NCBI GenBank assembly: GCA_035285865.1
Contig: JAYKHS010000003.1
Span: 96,001 to 160,000, forward strand
Source of the DNA: Candidatus Sericytochromatia bacterium
GTDB taxonomy: Bacteria > Cyanobacteriota > Sericytochromatia > S15B-MN24 > VGJW01
DNA length: 64,000 nt
Direction: 5' to 3'
A program made the position numbers and the translations under genes. The notes under the pieces were generated by a model, which saw only the letters and a program-made list of their open reading frames with translations, had not been told where the DNA came from and made no database searches. Shown here piece after piece: positions 12,455 through 21,907 of the stretch (position 1 is its first letter; the number at the start of each line of letters is the position of its first letter).

Positions 12455-13507
12455 ATGGAGCAACGCTGCCACGTATGCCCTCGGCGCTGCGATCTGGCTC
12501 GGGCACCCGGATTCTGCGGCGGCTGGGCATGGGGCGCCGAAGGCCCCCGCAACCTCCTCGCCGGACGGGTGGCCAGTTGGTCCGTCGACACCATCGAGAA
12601 GAAGCCTGTCTGGTACTACCGCCCGGGAACGCGCGTCCTGTCTCTGGGCACGTGGGGCTGTACCCTGCGGTGTCGGCACTGCCTGAATGCAGACCTCGCC
12701 TGGGCACGCGGCGGGGCACGTACGGACCTGCCTGAACCGTGGACACCGGAAGCCGTCGTCAGGCTCGCGCGGGAGCAGGACTGCGCGGGTATCGCGTGGA
12801 CGACTACGGAAGCGGCCCCGTGGTGGCCCTTCGTCGTCGAGACCAGCAAGGCCATGCGCGCGGCCGGTGGCTACACCGTGCTCGTGACCAACGGCTTCTA
12901 CACGGCCGAAGCCCTGGCGGAACTGCTGCCGTGGCTGGACGTCTGGCGCGTGGATCTCAAGGCGTGGGACGAGCAGACCTATGGCGTGCTGATGGGCACG
13001 GACCCGGCGCTATCGCCCGCGGCGACTTGCCGGGCGCGCACGCTCGAAGCGCGTCGGGCGGGCGTGCATGTCGAAGTCGTGACTTGCCTGGTACCCGGGC
13101 ACCACGACGGCCCGGAAGCCCTGTTGCCCATTGCCCGCTGGATTCGCGAAGAATTGGGGACTGCGACGCCCTGGCACCTGCTGCGCTTCCATCCCCAGCA
13201 TCTGATGCGGAGTGCCCATGCGTTCGGTGCCGCCGAGGCGGAGGGTCTCGCCCGGACCGTGCGCGCGCAGGGCCTCGCCCACGTCCACACGGGCGGTGAT
13301 GCGACCCGCGGCAAGGGGGCCCTGCCGGCAGGCCTGCGCACCTATGACTGGCACGCGGACGACGGGCGATTCCTGCGCATCGTCCTGGAGGAGGACAGCG
13401 GCAAACTGGGATTCGTCGGCGACGAGGACCTGTTGGAAACGATTCTCGAGGCTTGTCGCGCCGAGGGCCTGGACCTCGGCATCGCCCGTTCGGCGCGGTG
13501 CGGCTGA
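12455..13507 (+). CDS. radical SAM enzyme, AmmeMemoRadiSam/PFL-activase-like
   Basis: CHVCPRRC N-terminus, DTIEKKPVW, CTLRCRHC (CxxxCxxC), VTNGF, VDLKA and PWHLLRFHP; GGAGAGG RBS. Confidence 0.88.
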   Translation: MEQRCHVCPRRCDLARAPGFCGGWAWGAEGPRNLLAGRVASWSVDTIEKKPVWYYRPGTRVLSLGTWGCTLRCRHCLNADLAWARGGARTDLPEPWTPEAVVRLAREQDCAGIAWTTTEAAPWWPFVVETSKAMRAAGGYTVLVTNGFYTAEALAELLPWLDVWRVDLKAWDEQTYGVLMGTDPALSPAATCRARTLEARRAGVHVEVVTCLVPGHHDGPEALLPIARWIREELGTATPWHLLRFHPQHLMRSAHAFGAAEAEGLARTVRAQGLAHVHTGGDATRGKGALPAGLRTYDWHADDGRFLRIVLEEDSGKLGFVGDEDLLETILEACRAEGLDLGIARSARCG

Positions 13508-13509
13508 CC

Positions 13510-14097
13510 CTAGCGGGTGGCGTACCGGGTGGGATCGCCGGCGAGCAGCACGGCGAGCAGGCCCAGCAACTGGATGTCGTGGGGCACGATGCTGGTCTGG
13601 ACGATGAAGCGGCCGTGGATGCCGGTCCTCCCTTCGATGACGTTGCCGAATCGCTCCAGATAGACCGTCCGCCCGTGGGCCGTGGCCTCGGCGCCCCACT
13701 TGCCGTCGAACTTGCCCGTGACGGGCACGCCCCGCGACTCGCCGCTGAGGGTCCAGTCGTTGTTCACGCGCAGGCGCACCGGATGGTTGCCCACCATCCC
13801 GCCGGCCTCGTCGTAGAAGGTCTCCTCGACGCGGAAGCGAGCCCGACCCCACTGGCCCTCCAGCAGGTCCTCGTAGCCGACGGCGCGCAAGAGCCAGGTG
13901 TCCACCTCTCCCGAGTAATAGTTGTTGAACTCGCGCTCGGGCGTGACGGCGGGGGCCAGCAAGCGGACTGGCCGGGCCAAGGAACCGGCCTGCGCGGAAA
14001 TCGCCATCGCGGGCGCCGTGCGGGCCACGGGAGCCGGGGCGCCACAACCCGCAAGCACGGCCGCACCTACGCACGCCACGGACAGAAATCGATTCAT
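13510..14097 (-). CDS. hypothetical lipoprotein
   Basis: Lipobox LAGC, GGAG RBS, extended -10 upstream, coding-like codon usage. Confidence 0.75.
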   Translation of the reverse strand: MNRFLSVACVGAAVLAGCGAPAPVARTAPAMAISAQAGSLARPVRLLAPAVTPEREFNNYYSGEVDTWLLRAVGYEDLLEGQWGRARFRVEETFYDEAGGMVGNHPVRLRVNNDWTLSGESRGVPVTGKFDGKWGAEATAHGRTVYLERFGNVIEGRTGIHGRFIVQTSIVPHDIQLLGLLAVLLAGDPTRYATR

Positions 14098-14142
14098 CAC
14101 GAGCACACTCCAGTAGTAAACAAAATGCTAAGCATTATTTAA

Positions 14143-14151
14143 ATTATAGCA
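14143..14151 (-). promoter_or_regulatory. extended -10 element TGCTATAAT for the 13510-14097 gene
   Basis: Perfect TGn-TATAAT on the minus strand within an AT-rich divergent intergenic region. Confidence 0.7.
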
Positions 14152-14213
14152 AAATCCGGCCTCGACAGGCCCCTGCGGACAAGCGGTGCCCAAGCAGCCG
14201 GCACAACACCTGC

Positions 14214-15137
14214 ATGCGGCATATGTCCAGCCGATGGCCTCAGCCGTTCCTGCTCACGGGACTGGTCCTTGGCTGGCTGCTGGCGGCCTGCGGCACGACC
14301 GGCCCGGCTGCGCTTCGAAACGTCGCGTCCGGTGTTGCGGGAGCCACCGCGCAGGACGGGCACCATCCCCGAGACGTCGAGATACGGGCAGAACTCACTG
14401 CCGAAGGCCATGCGCTGCTCGCCGCGGGCACCGGCTGGAGCACGCCACGCACCCGAACGGATCTGTACTTCGATGCCTTCGATGGCCAGAGCTGGGCATG
14501 GAAGGGGGGGCGCACGGCCTGGAAGCTGCGCGTCAAGCGCAAGGCCAGGACCAGCGAGATGCAACTGCGTCGTCCGCTGAGCCGGGAAGGTGCGCCCGTA
14601 TCGGCCTTGCCGCTCGTCATGAACGTCGCCGAATCGTGGGATGCGACGCTGTTCGAAAGCCAGGTCATGGCCCTCTGGGACCCGGGACTCGCGCTGCTGG
14701 GCACCATCCAGCAGGGCAGCCTGCCGACCCGCAAGGCCATGACCGAGTTGGACAAGGCGTGGCAGATGCAACTGTGGGCAGGTGCCGATGCCTTGGTCGG
14801 AGCCCGCAAGGCCCAGCCGGGTCTGCTCCTGCCGACCCACCGTGCAGACAGGAACATGATCGAGCGCAAGATGACCTTCGGTGCGGGCTGGAAGGCCGAG
14901 GTCGTCCTCGGGACCAGCCGGACGCTGGACGGCGCTGGCGAAGCGACCGTCCGGCACGAAATCGAGGTGACGCCGGGCAAGGACGCTCCGGAAGCGGCGA
15001 TTGCCATGCAGGACGTCTCCGATTGGCTCGCTGCCTCGGGTCTGAGCATCCGCCACATTGCTCCGTCGCCTGCGGATCCGACCGCGGCGGCAGCCCGGGC
15101 CTATGCGCGGGTCGGCACTCCCCGAAATATGCGCTGA
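14214..15137 (+). CDS. lipoprotein with CYTH/triphosphate-tunnel-like domain
   Basis: Lipobox LAAC; VEIRAE...TDLYFD...KLRVKR...HEIEV follows the CYTH motif order. Confidence 0.55.
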   Translation: MRHMSSRWPQPFLLTGLVLGWLLAACGTTGPAALRNVASGVAGATAQDGHHPRDVEIRAELTAEGHALLAAGTGWSTPRTRTDLYFDAFDGQSWAWKGGRTAWKLRVKRKARTSEMQLRRPLSREGAPVSALPLVMNVAESWDATLFESQVMALWDPGLALLGTIQQGSLPTRKAMTELDKAWQMQLWAGADALVGARKAQPGLLLPTHRADRNMIERKMTFGAGWKAEVVLGTSRTLDGAGEATVRHEIEVTPGKDAPEAAIAMQDVSDWLAASGLSIRHIAPSPADPTAAAARAYARVGTPRNMR

Positions 15138-15212
15138 GTCGACTCGAGCAAGCGTGAGCCGTGCCCGCATGGCGGGCATGTAAGCTGTCTCACCTGAACC
15201 AGCCACGAGCCG

Positions 15213-18026
15213 ATGCCCGATCAACAGGACACCACGGACACACGCCTCGCCCCGCTGCGCGAGGACATCCGGTTTCTGGGCGACTGCCTCGGGACCATCC
15301 TGACGGAGCAGGGCGGCGCCGGACTTTTCGCAATCGAGGAAGAGCTGCGCCGGGGCTTCAAGGCCCTGCGGGCCGATCCGGAGGATAGGGCGCTGGGAGC
15401 CCGCCTCGAACGCACCATCGCGGACCTTGATACGGAGACGGCTGCCGGCGTGCTGCGAGCGTTTACCCTCTACTTCCAGTTGGTCAACCTCGCCGAGCAG
15501 CACCAGCGCATCCGCCGCCTGAACGCCCGGGAGGACCGCCCCGGCGAGGAACCCGCCCCGGGATCCCTCGCGGCCGTCGTGGCCCGATTCGCGGCGCGTG
15601 GCGTCCCGGCCTCGGCCATCCGGGACCTGCTGGAGCAGCTCGAGATCGAACCGGTGCTGACGGCGCATCCGACGGAGGCCCTGCGCCGCACGGTCCTGGA
15701 GCACGTCGGGCATCTCGCCGACCTGCTCGAACGACGCGAGGCCCACCCGCCAGGCTCGCCGGCACGAAGACGCGCGGAAGCCGACATCGCGGCCATCATC
15801 GAGGGGCTCTGGCAGACTGACGAAGTGCACCAGCGGGCGCCGACCGTCCAGGACGAAGTCCGCAACGGCCTGTTCCATGTCGAGGGCGTGCTTTTCGATG
15901 CCGTGCCGGAACTGCTCCAGGGCCTCGAGGACATCCTTGCCCGACATTACCCCGGGGAGGCATTCCCCGTGCCCGCATTCCTGCGCATGGGCACCTGGAT
16001 CGGCGGGGATCGGGACGGCAACCCCAATGTCACGCCGGAAGCCACGTGGCAGGCCCTGCTTGCCGGCCACAGAGGCATGCTCCAGCGGCACATGGCTGCG
16101 GCTGATGCGCTGTCGGCCGACCTGAGCCAGTCGACGAACTGGATCCGGATCCCGGAAGACCTGCAGGAGGCTCTGGCCGCGGACGCCCGCATGTGGCCGG
16201 AGCGCGCCGCCGAGGCGCACGACCGCAATCCGCTCGAGCCATACCGCCAACGACTCGCCATCATCCGTCATCGATTGCAGGCGATGCGCGCGGCATGGTG
16301 CGATTCGTGGCAGGATGCCGAACGCATGCCGGCTTCTCGAGCAGGATACGATTCCGCAGCTGACCTGCTGCAAGAGCTCGATGTCCTGGACAGGAGCCTG
16401 CGCAGCCATCGCAGCACCCGAGTCGCGGACGGACCGTTGCGGACATGGCGTCGTCAAGTGGCTTCCTTCGGCTTCCACGGGGCCCGGATGGACCTGAGAC
16501 AGCATGCCGGCAACCACCAGCGGGCCCTCGATACGGTCCTCGGACGCCTCGGCCTTGACGTGCGTGCGTGGGATGCCGGTGCACGCGAAGCTTGGCTGGA
16601 AGGCGAGTTGACCAACCGACGTCCGCTCGTGGCACGCGACCTCGCACCCTACGATGCGTCGACGCGGGAAACGCTCGATACCTTCCGGATGGTCGCCGCG
16701 GCCAGGCGGGTCTTCGGTCCCGAGGCGCTCGGATCGTTCGTGCTCAGCATGACCACGAGCCCCGCGGATGTCCTGACGGCCCTGCTGCTGTTACGGGAGG
16801 GCGGCGTGCTGCAGTGGGCCGAGGACGGCGCCTGCGTGTCGACCATGCCCGTCGTCCCGCTCTTCGAGACCATCGCCGATCTGGCGGAGGCGCCGGGCAT
16901 CATGCGCCGATTGTTCGCCATGCCGGCCTACCGCGCCCATCTGCGCGCACTGGGTGACGTTCAGGAAGTGATGCTGGGCTACAGCGACTCGAACAAGGAC
17001 GGCGGCATCATGACCTCTTCGTGGGCACTCTACCGCGCCCAGCAGGAGCTGCTGGAGGTCGCGGGCGAAGCCGGCATCCGCCTGAAACTCTTTCACGGCA
17101 GGGGGGGGTCGGTCGGCCGCGGTGGTGGTCCCTCGCACCTCGCCATCCTCGCCCAGCCTCCCGGCACGGTGGGCGGGCGCCTGAAACTCACCGAGCAGGG
17201 TGAGGTCATCGGCCACAAGTACGGCCGGGGCCCCCTCGCGAGACGCAGCCTGGAACTGGTGACTTCGGCCGTGCTCGAGAGCAGCCTGCTGCCGGCGGAG
17301 GAGGCGTCCGAGAACCCGGAGTGGCCGCGCATCGCTGCAGACCTCTCGGAGCGCGCACACATCGCCTATCGGACCCTTGTCCACGACCATCCGGCCTTCG
17401 CGGATTTCCTTGGCCGGGCGACGCCGCTCGACCTGCTTGGCGGTCTCAGGCTGGGGTCCCGTCCGGCCCGGCGCCAGGCCGGCAGCGACATCGGAGCACT
17501 TCGGGCCATCCCCTGGGTCTTCGCATGGACCCAGAACAGGATGATCCTGCCGGGCTGGCTGGGTCTGGGCACGGCGCTATCGGGCTGGAGAAAGGCCCAG
17601 GGTCCGGATGCCACCGAACGCCTGCGCCAGATGGCCCGCGATTTCCCCTTCTTCCGGACGCTGCTTTCGAACGTCGAGATGACGCTGGCCAAGGCAGACA
17701 TGGCCATTGCCTCGCGGTATGTGGCGGGACTTGTCGGATCGGTTCCAGACCTCGTCGTCCTCTGGCAGGGCATCGAGGCCGAGTACCGCCTGACGGTCGT
17801 GGAAGTCCTGCTGGTCCTCGACCAGACCGAACTGCTGGAGCAGGCACCGACCCTGCGTCGGTCAATCGCGGCGCGCAACCCTTATGTCGACCCCCTGAAT
17901 CACCTGCAGATCGCCCTGCTGGCAAGATGGCGTGCCTGCGGCGAGGCGACGCCCCCGCCGGCCCTGCTGGACGCCCTGAAGCTCAGCGTGAGCGGCATCG
18001 CGGCGGGTTTGCGCAACACGGGCTAA
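15213..18026 (+). CDS. ppc: phosphoenolpyruvate carboxylase
   Basis: VLTAHPTE, WIGGDRDGNP, QEVMLGYSDSNKDGG, FHGRGGSVGRGG, RAIPWVF and C-terminal LRNTG. Confidence 0.98.
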   Translation: MPDQQDTTDTRLAPLREDIRFLGDCLGTILTEQGGAGLFAIEEELRRGFKALRADPEDRALGARLERTIADLDTETAAGVLRAFTLYFQLVNLAEQHQRIRRLNAREDRPGEEPAPGSLAAVVARFAARGVPASAIRDLLEQLEIEPVLTAHPTEALRRTVLEHVGHLADLLERREAHPPGSPARRRAEADIAAIIEGLWQTDEVHQRAPTVQDEVRNGLFHVEGVLFDAVPELLQGLEDILARHYPGEAFPVPAFLRMGTWIGGDRDGNPNVTPEATWQALLAGHRGMLQRHMAAADALSADLSQSTNWIRIPEDLQEALAADARMWPERAAEAHDRNPLEPYRQRLAIIRHRLQAMRAAWCDSWQDAERMPASRAGYDSAADLLQELDVLDRSLRSHRSTRVADGPLRTWRRQVASFGFHGARMDLRQHAGNHQRALDTVLGRLGLDVRAWDAGAREAWLEGELTNRRPLVARDLAPYDASTRETLDTFRMVAAARRVFGPEALGSFVLSMTTSPADVLTALLLLREGGVLQWAEDGACVSTMPVVPLFETIADLAEAPGIMRRLFAMPAYRAHLRALGDVQEVMLGYSDSNKDGGIMTSSWALYRAQQELLEVAGEAGIRLKLFHGRGGSVGRGGGPSHLAILAQPPGTVGGRLKLTEQGEVIGHKYGRGPLARRSLELVTSAVLESSLLPAEEASENPEWPRIAADLSERAHIAYRTLVHDHPAFADFLGRATPLDLLGGLRLGSRPARRQAGSDIGALRAIPWVFAWTQNRMILPGWLGLGTALSGWRKAQGPDATERLRQMARDFPFFRTLLSNVEMTLAKADMAIASRYVAGLVGSVPDLVVLWQGIEAEYRLTVVEVLLVLDQTELLEQAPTLRRSIAARNPYVDPLNHLQIALLARWRACGEATPPPALLDALKLSVSGIAAGLRNTG

Positions 18027-18120
18027 ACGTTTCTTGATCCCGGCATAACCTGAACACAGTCTTCACCCGGTCGGGGAGGCACGACAACCTCCTTGCGTCC
18101 CCCGAGAAACCGACTGCTGA

Positions 18121-18675
18121 ATGATCGCTTTTGCCCCGTCCCTGCGGCACCATCCCGTCCGCAACGTCCGCAGCACCCTGCCAGCCGATGCTGCGACCAC
18201 CCCGGCGCGGCCGCAGCATCGGCCGCAAGCCCGGCAACGAGTGCAGGCTGCCCCACCCTCGGCCCGGCGTCTCGCGGATTTCGAGGATCTGGCCCAGATG
18301 CTGGTTTCCGGAGTTGGTGGCCCGCTCCTTGCCGGGACCGGTGCGCTGGTGGGCTTCTTCCTCGGCGGGCCGGCGCTTGCCCTGACGCTCGCCATGGCGG
18401 GTGGCGCCCTGCCCGCCGTGCTCTTCGGGGGCTACGACGTCGTGGTCGGGACCGGGGACATCCTGGCGGGACGCGAAGGCGGCAAGCGGCAACTGTTGTT
18501 CGGCCTCGGCTTGCTTGCCGCAGGGCCCGGAGTCGTCTGGGCGGGTGCAGCAGTGGGGGGCCTGGCGGGAACCGTCACGGCGGCCACGCTTGGCGCGATG
18601 TTGGCCCCGGGATTGCTGCTGGCAGGCATCTGGCTTGCTGCGGAGATCGGGCGACGCCGCCATCGGCAGGAATGA
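18121..18675 (+). CDS. hypothetical membrane protein (Gly/Ala-rich TM hairpins)
   Basis: Basic low-complexity N-terminus followed by about 4 hydrophobic segments; fills the gap between ppc and the TerC gene. Confidence 0.6.
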   Translation: MIAFAPSLRHHPVRNVRSTLPADAATTPARPQHRPQARQRVQAAPPSARRLADFEDLAQMLVSGVGGPLLAGTGALVGFFLGGPALALTLAMAGGALPAVLFGGYDVVVGTGDILAGREGGKRQLLFGLGLLAAGPGVVWAGAAVGGLAGTVTAATLGAMLAPGLLLAGIWLAAEIGRRRHRQE

Positions 18676-18729
18676 GAGACGGAGTGGTACCCTTCTAAGG
18701 CCCACCCGAATCGCGAACGGCACCGATCC

Positions 18730-20001
18730 ATGGCCCACCTGCTCGATCCTGGCCTGATTGCAGGCCTGCTCACCCTGATCGTCCTCGAGATCGTCCTCGG
18801 GATCGACAATCTCGTCTTCGTCGCGATCCTCTCCGACAAGCTCGAGCCCTCCCAACGGGACAAGGCACGCGGGATCGGCCTCTCGCTCGCGTTGGTCATG
18901 CGCCTCGGTCTGCTGGCGTGCATCTCCTGGATCGTGGGCTTGAAGGAGCCCCTGTTCCGGATTGCGGCCTTCGCACCCTCGGGCCGGGACCTCATCCTGC
19001 TGGCAGGCGGCCTGTTCCTGACTTTCAAGGCCACGATGGAGCTGCACGAACGCCTCGAGGGCGCTTCGCACGGTCCGGGCAAGGCGACGCAGCACGCGCC
19101 GTTCTGGAGGGTGGTGGCCCAGATCGTGCTGCTGGACCTCGTGTTCTCCATCGACTCCGTCATCACGGCAGTCGGGATGGTGGACAGCCTCGGAATCATG
19201 ATCACGGCCGTGCTGGTGTCGATGGGCGTGATGATGCTGGCCGCCAAGCCGCTGTCACGCTTCGTGAACGAGCACCCTACCGTCGTCGTGCTCTGTCTGT
19301 CCTTCCTCCTGATGATCGGTTTCAGCCTGATTGCCGAGGCCTTCCACGTCCACGTGCCCAAGGGTTACCTGTATGCGGCCATCGGTTTCTCGGTCCTCAT
19401 CGAGACCTTCAATCAGGTGCGCCATCGCAATGCCGCAAGGGCGGAAGCCACCCGGCCTTTCCGGCTGCACACCACGGAGCGCGTGCTGCGCCTGCTCGGG
19501 GATCTGCCCCCGCAGGCCATCGACGAAGCGGGTTTCGCGGAACCCGAGCGCCAGCTGGTCTCAGGGGTCCTGGCCCTGGCTGAACGTCCCGTTGCCACGT
19601 GGGCCACGCCCCGATCCGCGATCGTCTGGCTCGACGCGACCCGCCCCGAGGCCGAGCTCCGCGACAGCCTGCTGCGCGCCCCCCATGGCCTGATGCCGGT
19701 CGGCGAGGGCAGCCTCGACAAACCCATCGGCATCGTGCGCGCCAAGGAAGCCCTGGCAGAATTGGCTGCCGGAAGGTCCTTGGCCGAACTGGCCCGAAGC
19801 ATGCCGATCCTGTCGGCGCCGGCAACGACCCGGCCGTTCGATCTGCTCGACCTCCTGCGTCGTTCGGATGACAACCTCGTGTTGCTGCTCGACGCGCAGG
19901 GACAGGTCGCGGGCCTCGTGACCCCGGTGGACATGCTGGCGGCCATCGCCGGCCAGCCGAACGAGGCCGCAGGCTTGCCGGGCACCGCCCTGCCTGCCTG
20001 A
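18730..20001 (+). CDS. TerC family membrane protein with CBS domains (YoaE/YegH-like)
   Basis: [26 protein letters not shown] and [12 protein letters not shown]-terminal CBS pair ([17 protein letters not shown]). Confidence 0.92.
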   Translation: MAHLLDPGLIAGLLTLIVLEIVLGIDNLVFVAILSDKLEPSQRDKARGIGLSLALVMRLGLLACISWIVGLKEPLFRIAAFAPSGRDLILLAGGLFLTFKATMELHERLEGASHGPGKATQHAPFWRVVAQIVLLDLVFSIDSVITAVGMVDSLGIMITAVLVSMGVMMLAAKPLSRFVNEHPTVVVLCLSFLLMIGFSLIAEAFHVHVPKGYLYAAIGFSVLIETFNQVRHRNAARAEATRPFRLHTTERVLRLLGDLPPQAIDEAGFAEPERQLVSGVLALAERPVATWATPRSAIVWLDATRPEAELRDSLLRAPHGLMPVGEGSLDKPIGIVRAKEALAELAAGRSLAELARSMPILSAPATTRPFDLLDLLRRSDDNLVLLLDAQGQVAGLVTPVDMLAAIAGQPNEAAGLPGTALPA

Positions 20002-20035
20002 CCCCGCCGCCCGGGTATAGGCCAGACAGGCCACC

Positions 20036-21907
20036 ATGTCCGAGTCCAACGCTCCGCCCCCCGGTGCGACAGCCCCGCTGCCGCCGTGGTTCCAGGCCCT
20101 GAGCGACCACTACAGGGCCAAGGCCGCCCACCAGTTCCTGCTGCACTTCAACATCCAGGACCACGTGTTGGTCGAGGGTCGCATCACGACTGTCCGGGAC
20201 CTGCTGGTGCAACGCCTTGCGGATCGCTTCCTGATCGTCACCTACAGCCTGTCCCGCGGCATCGGCTTTCCCGCGACGGGGCAGGCTCAGGCCGAGAGCC
20301 TCGGGCGTGAGCCCGGCCTTGGGCGTCTGCTGGGCTTTCGCGAGTCAGCCGAGGGCAACGTGCCGGTGGACCCCACGCGAGACGACCGGGACTTCCATCG
20401 GCTCCAGGGGCAAGGACGGATCAGCCCGTTGCAGCCTCCGGACGAGGCTCTGCCAGCCATCGAAAGGGCCTTGCGCCAAGGGGGCAGGCGTCTGTGCGTG
20501 CTGCTGGAGCACGTGGACAAACTGGCGCCTGCAGATGCCCGCGGTCGCGACCAGTGGATCGCCGTGGAAACACTGCAACGCTGGGCCCTCGACGGAGAGC
20601 TTGCCGAGCATGGCCATCTCGTCGTCATGCTGGCCGCGGAGCATGGCCAGGTGGCCGCTGCCGTGCAGGGGGCCAACAGCGGCACGGTGTCCCTGCAAAT
20701 CCCGCTGCCCGATGCGGCAGCACGCCGGATCTATCTCGACCATGTGCTCGCGGATTCCCATTTCGCCCGCCTGGCGTGGCAACCGGACTTCACGCCCGCG
20801 GACCTGGCCGGGCACACCGTGGGTTTCTCCCTGCGCGACATCCTGAACACCTTGAGGTTGGCGGCCGCGACGGGCAGGGCGATCGGCCAGGACCTGGTCG
20901 CCGAGCGCAAGCGGGACATCATCCGTCTGGAGAGCCACGGGCTGCTGCAGATCGTCGAAACACGTCATGGGCTCGACGCCATCGGCGGGCTGGAACACGT
21001 CAAGGCCTATCTGGGCGAAAAGATCGGCAACATCCGGAGCTACCTCGACCTGAACGCCCGGCACGAGCACACGGACGCCTCTCGCGACGCCCTCGCGCGA
21101 GCGCTGGCCTTGGTGCCCCGGGGCATCCTGCTCGCCGGTCCTCCCGGGACGGGCAAGACCATCCTCGCGGAAGCCTTGGCCCACGGCACCCAGCTGAACA
21201 TGGTCAAGCTGCAGGACATCCGCAGCATGTGGGTGGGCGAGAGCGAGCGGAATCTGACGAAGGTTCTGGATCTCCTCGTGGCCCTCGCCCCGGTGCTGGT
21301 GTTCGTCGACGAAATCGACCAGGCCCTTGGCAGCCGTGGAGGGCCTACGGCGGGCGCCGGGGGGGATACCGACAAACGGATCTTCGGCAAGCTGCTGGAG
21401 TTCATGGGAGACAACCGGCACCGCGGCCGTGTACTGTGGGTCGCGGCCACGAACCGGCCCGACTTTCTCGATGCCGCGATGCTCCGACGGTTCGATCGCG
21501 TCGTCCCGATCCTCGCCCCCGACCGGGAGGAACGGACGGCGGTGCTCGCCACCCTTGCCGGCCGTATCGGAACCCGGTACGGCACCGACGTGGACCTGGG
21601 CGCCATCGCGGAACGAACCGCAGGCCTGACGGGTGCCGGCCTAGAGGTCATCGTGCGGCGGGCCGCGGAGCTCGCTACCGACAACGTCATCACCCAGCAC
21701 GGGCTCATCACGGCATTGGCAGACCACAAACCCAACCACGACCCCGCTGTCTACGTGGAGCAGGCCATGCGCGCCCTCGTCGCGGCCAACTTCTTCTCGA
21801 TGCTACCCAGACATCTGCCGCCCGATCTCGCGGAGTTGGTCGAGGCCTGCCGGCAGGAGCGCAGCAACGCCCCGCTCGAACGGGCCTTGGCCCGCCTGAT
21901 GCCTTGA
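20036..21907 (+). CDS. AAA+ ATPase with degenerate N-terminal and active C-terminal AAA modules (Ycf46/SpoVK/Cdc48-like)
   Basis: Walker A GPPGTGKT, pore loop SMWVGESE, Walker B VFVDEID and SRH ATNRPDFLDAAMLRRFDR; the N-half has only a remnant Walker B (LLEHVDKL). Confidence 0.92.
   Translation: MSESNAPPPGATAPLPPWFQALSDHYRAKAAHQFLLHFNIQDHVLVEGRITTVRDLLVQRLADRFLIVTYSLSRGIGFPATGQAQAESLGREPGLGRLLGFRESAEGNVPVDPTRDDRDFHRLQGQGRISPLQPPDEALPAIERALRQGGRRLCVLLEHVDKLAPADARGRDQWIAVETLQRWALDGELAEHGHLVVMLAAEHGQVAAAVQGANSGTVSLQIPLPDAAARRIYLDHVLADSHFARLAWQPDFTPADLAGHTVGFSLRDILNTLRLAAATGRAIGQDLVAERKRDIIRLESHGLLQIVETRHGLDAIGGLEHVKAYLGEKIGNIRSYLDLNARHEHTDASRDALARALALVPRGILLAGPPGTGKTILAEALAHGTQLNMVKLQDIRSMWVGESERNLTKVLDLLVALAPVLVFVDEIDQALGSRGGPTAGAGGDTDKRIFGKLLEFMGDNRHRGRVLWVAATNRPDFLDAAMLRRFDRVVPILAPDREERTAVLATLAGRIGTRYGTDVDLGAIAERTAGLTGAGLEVIVRRAAELATDNVITQHGLITALADHKPNHDPAVYVEQAMRALVAANFFSMLPRHLPPDLAELVEACRQERSNAPLERALARLMP

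Noticed and set aside
18676..18729. yybP-ykoY riboswitch upstream of the TerC gene
   Set aside because: Only 54 nt of intergenic space and no recognisable consensus.
20494..21903. N-terminal 470 aa of the 1192-aa ORF 20494..24072
   Set aside because: It is an off-frame overlap with the AAA ATPase and has Arg/Pro/Gly-rich nonsense composition. The real gene starts near TTG 21904.
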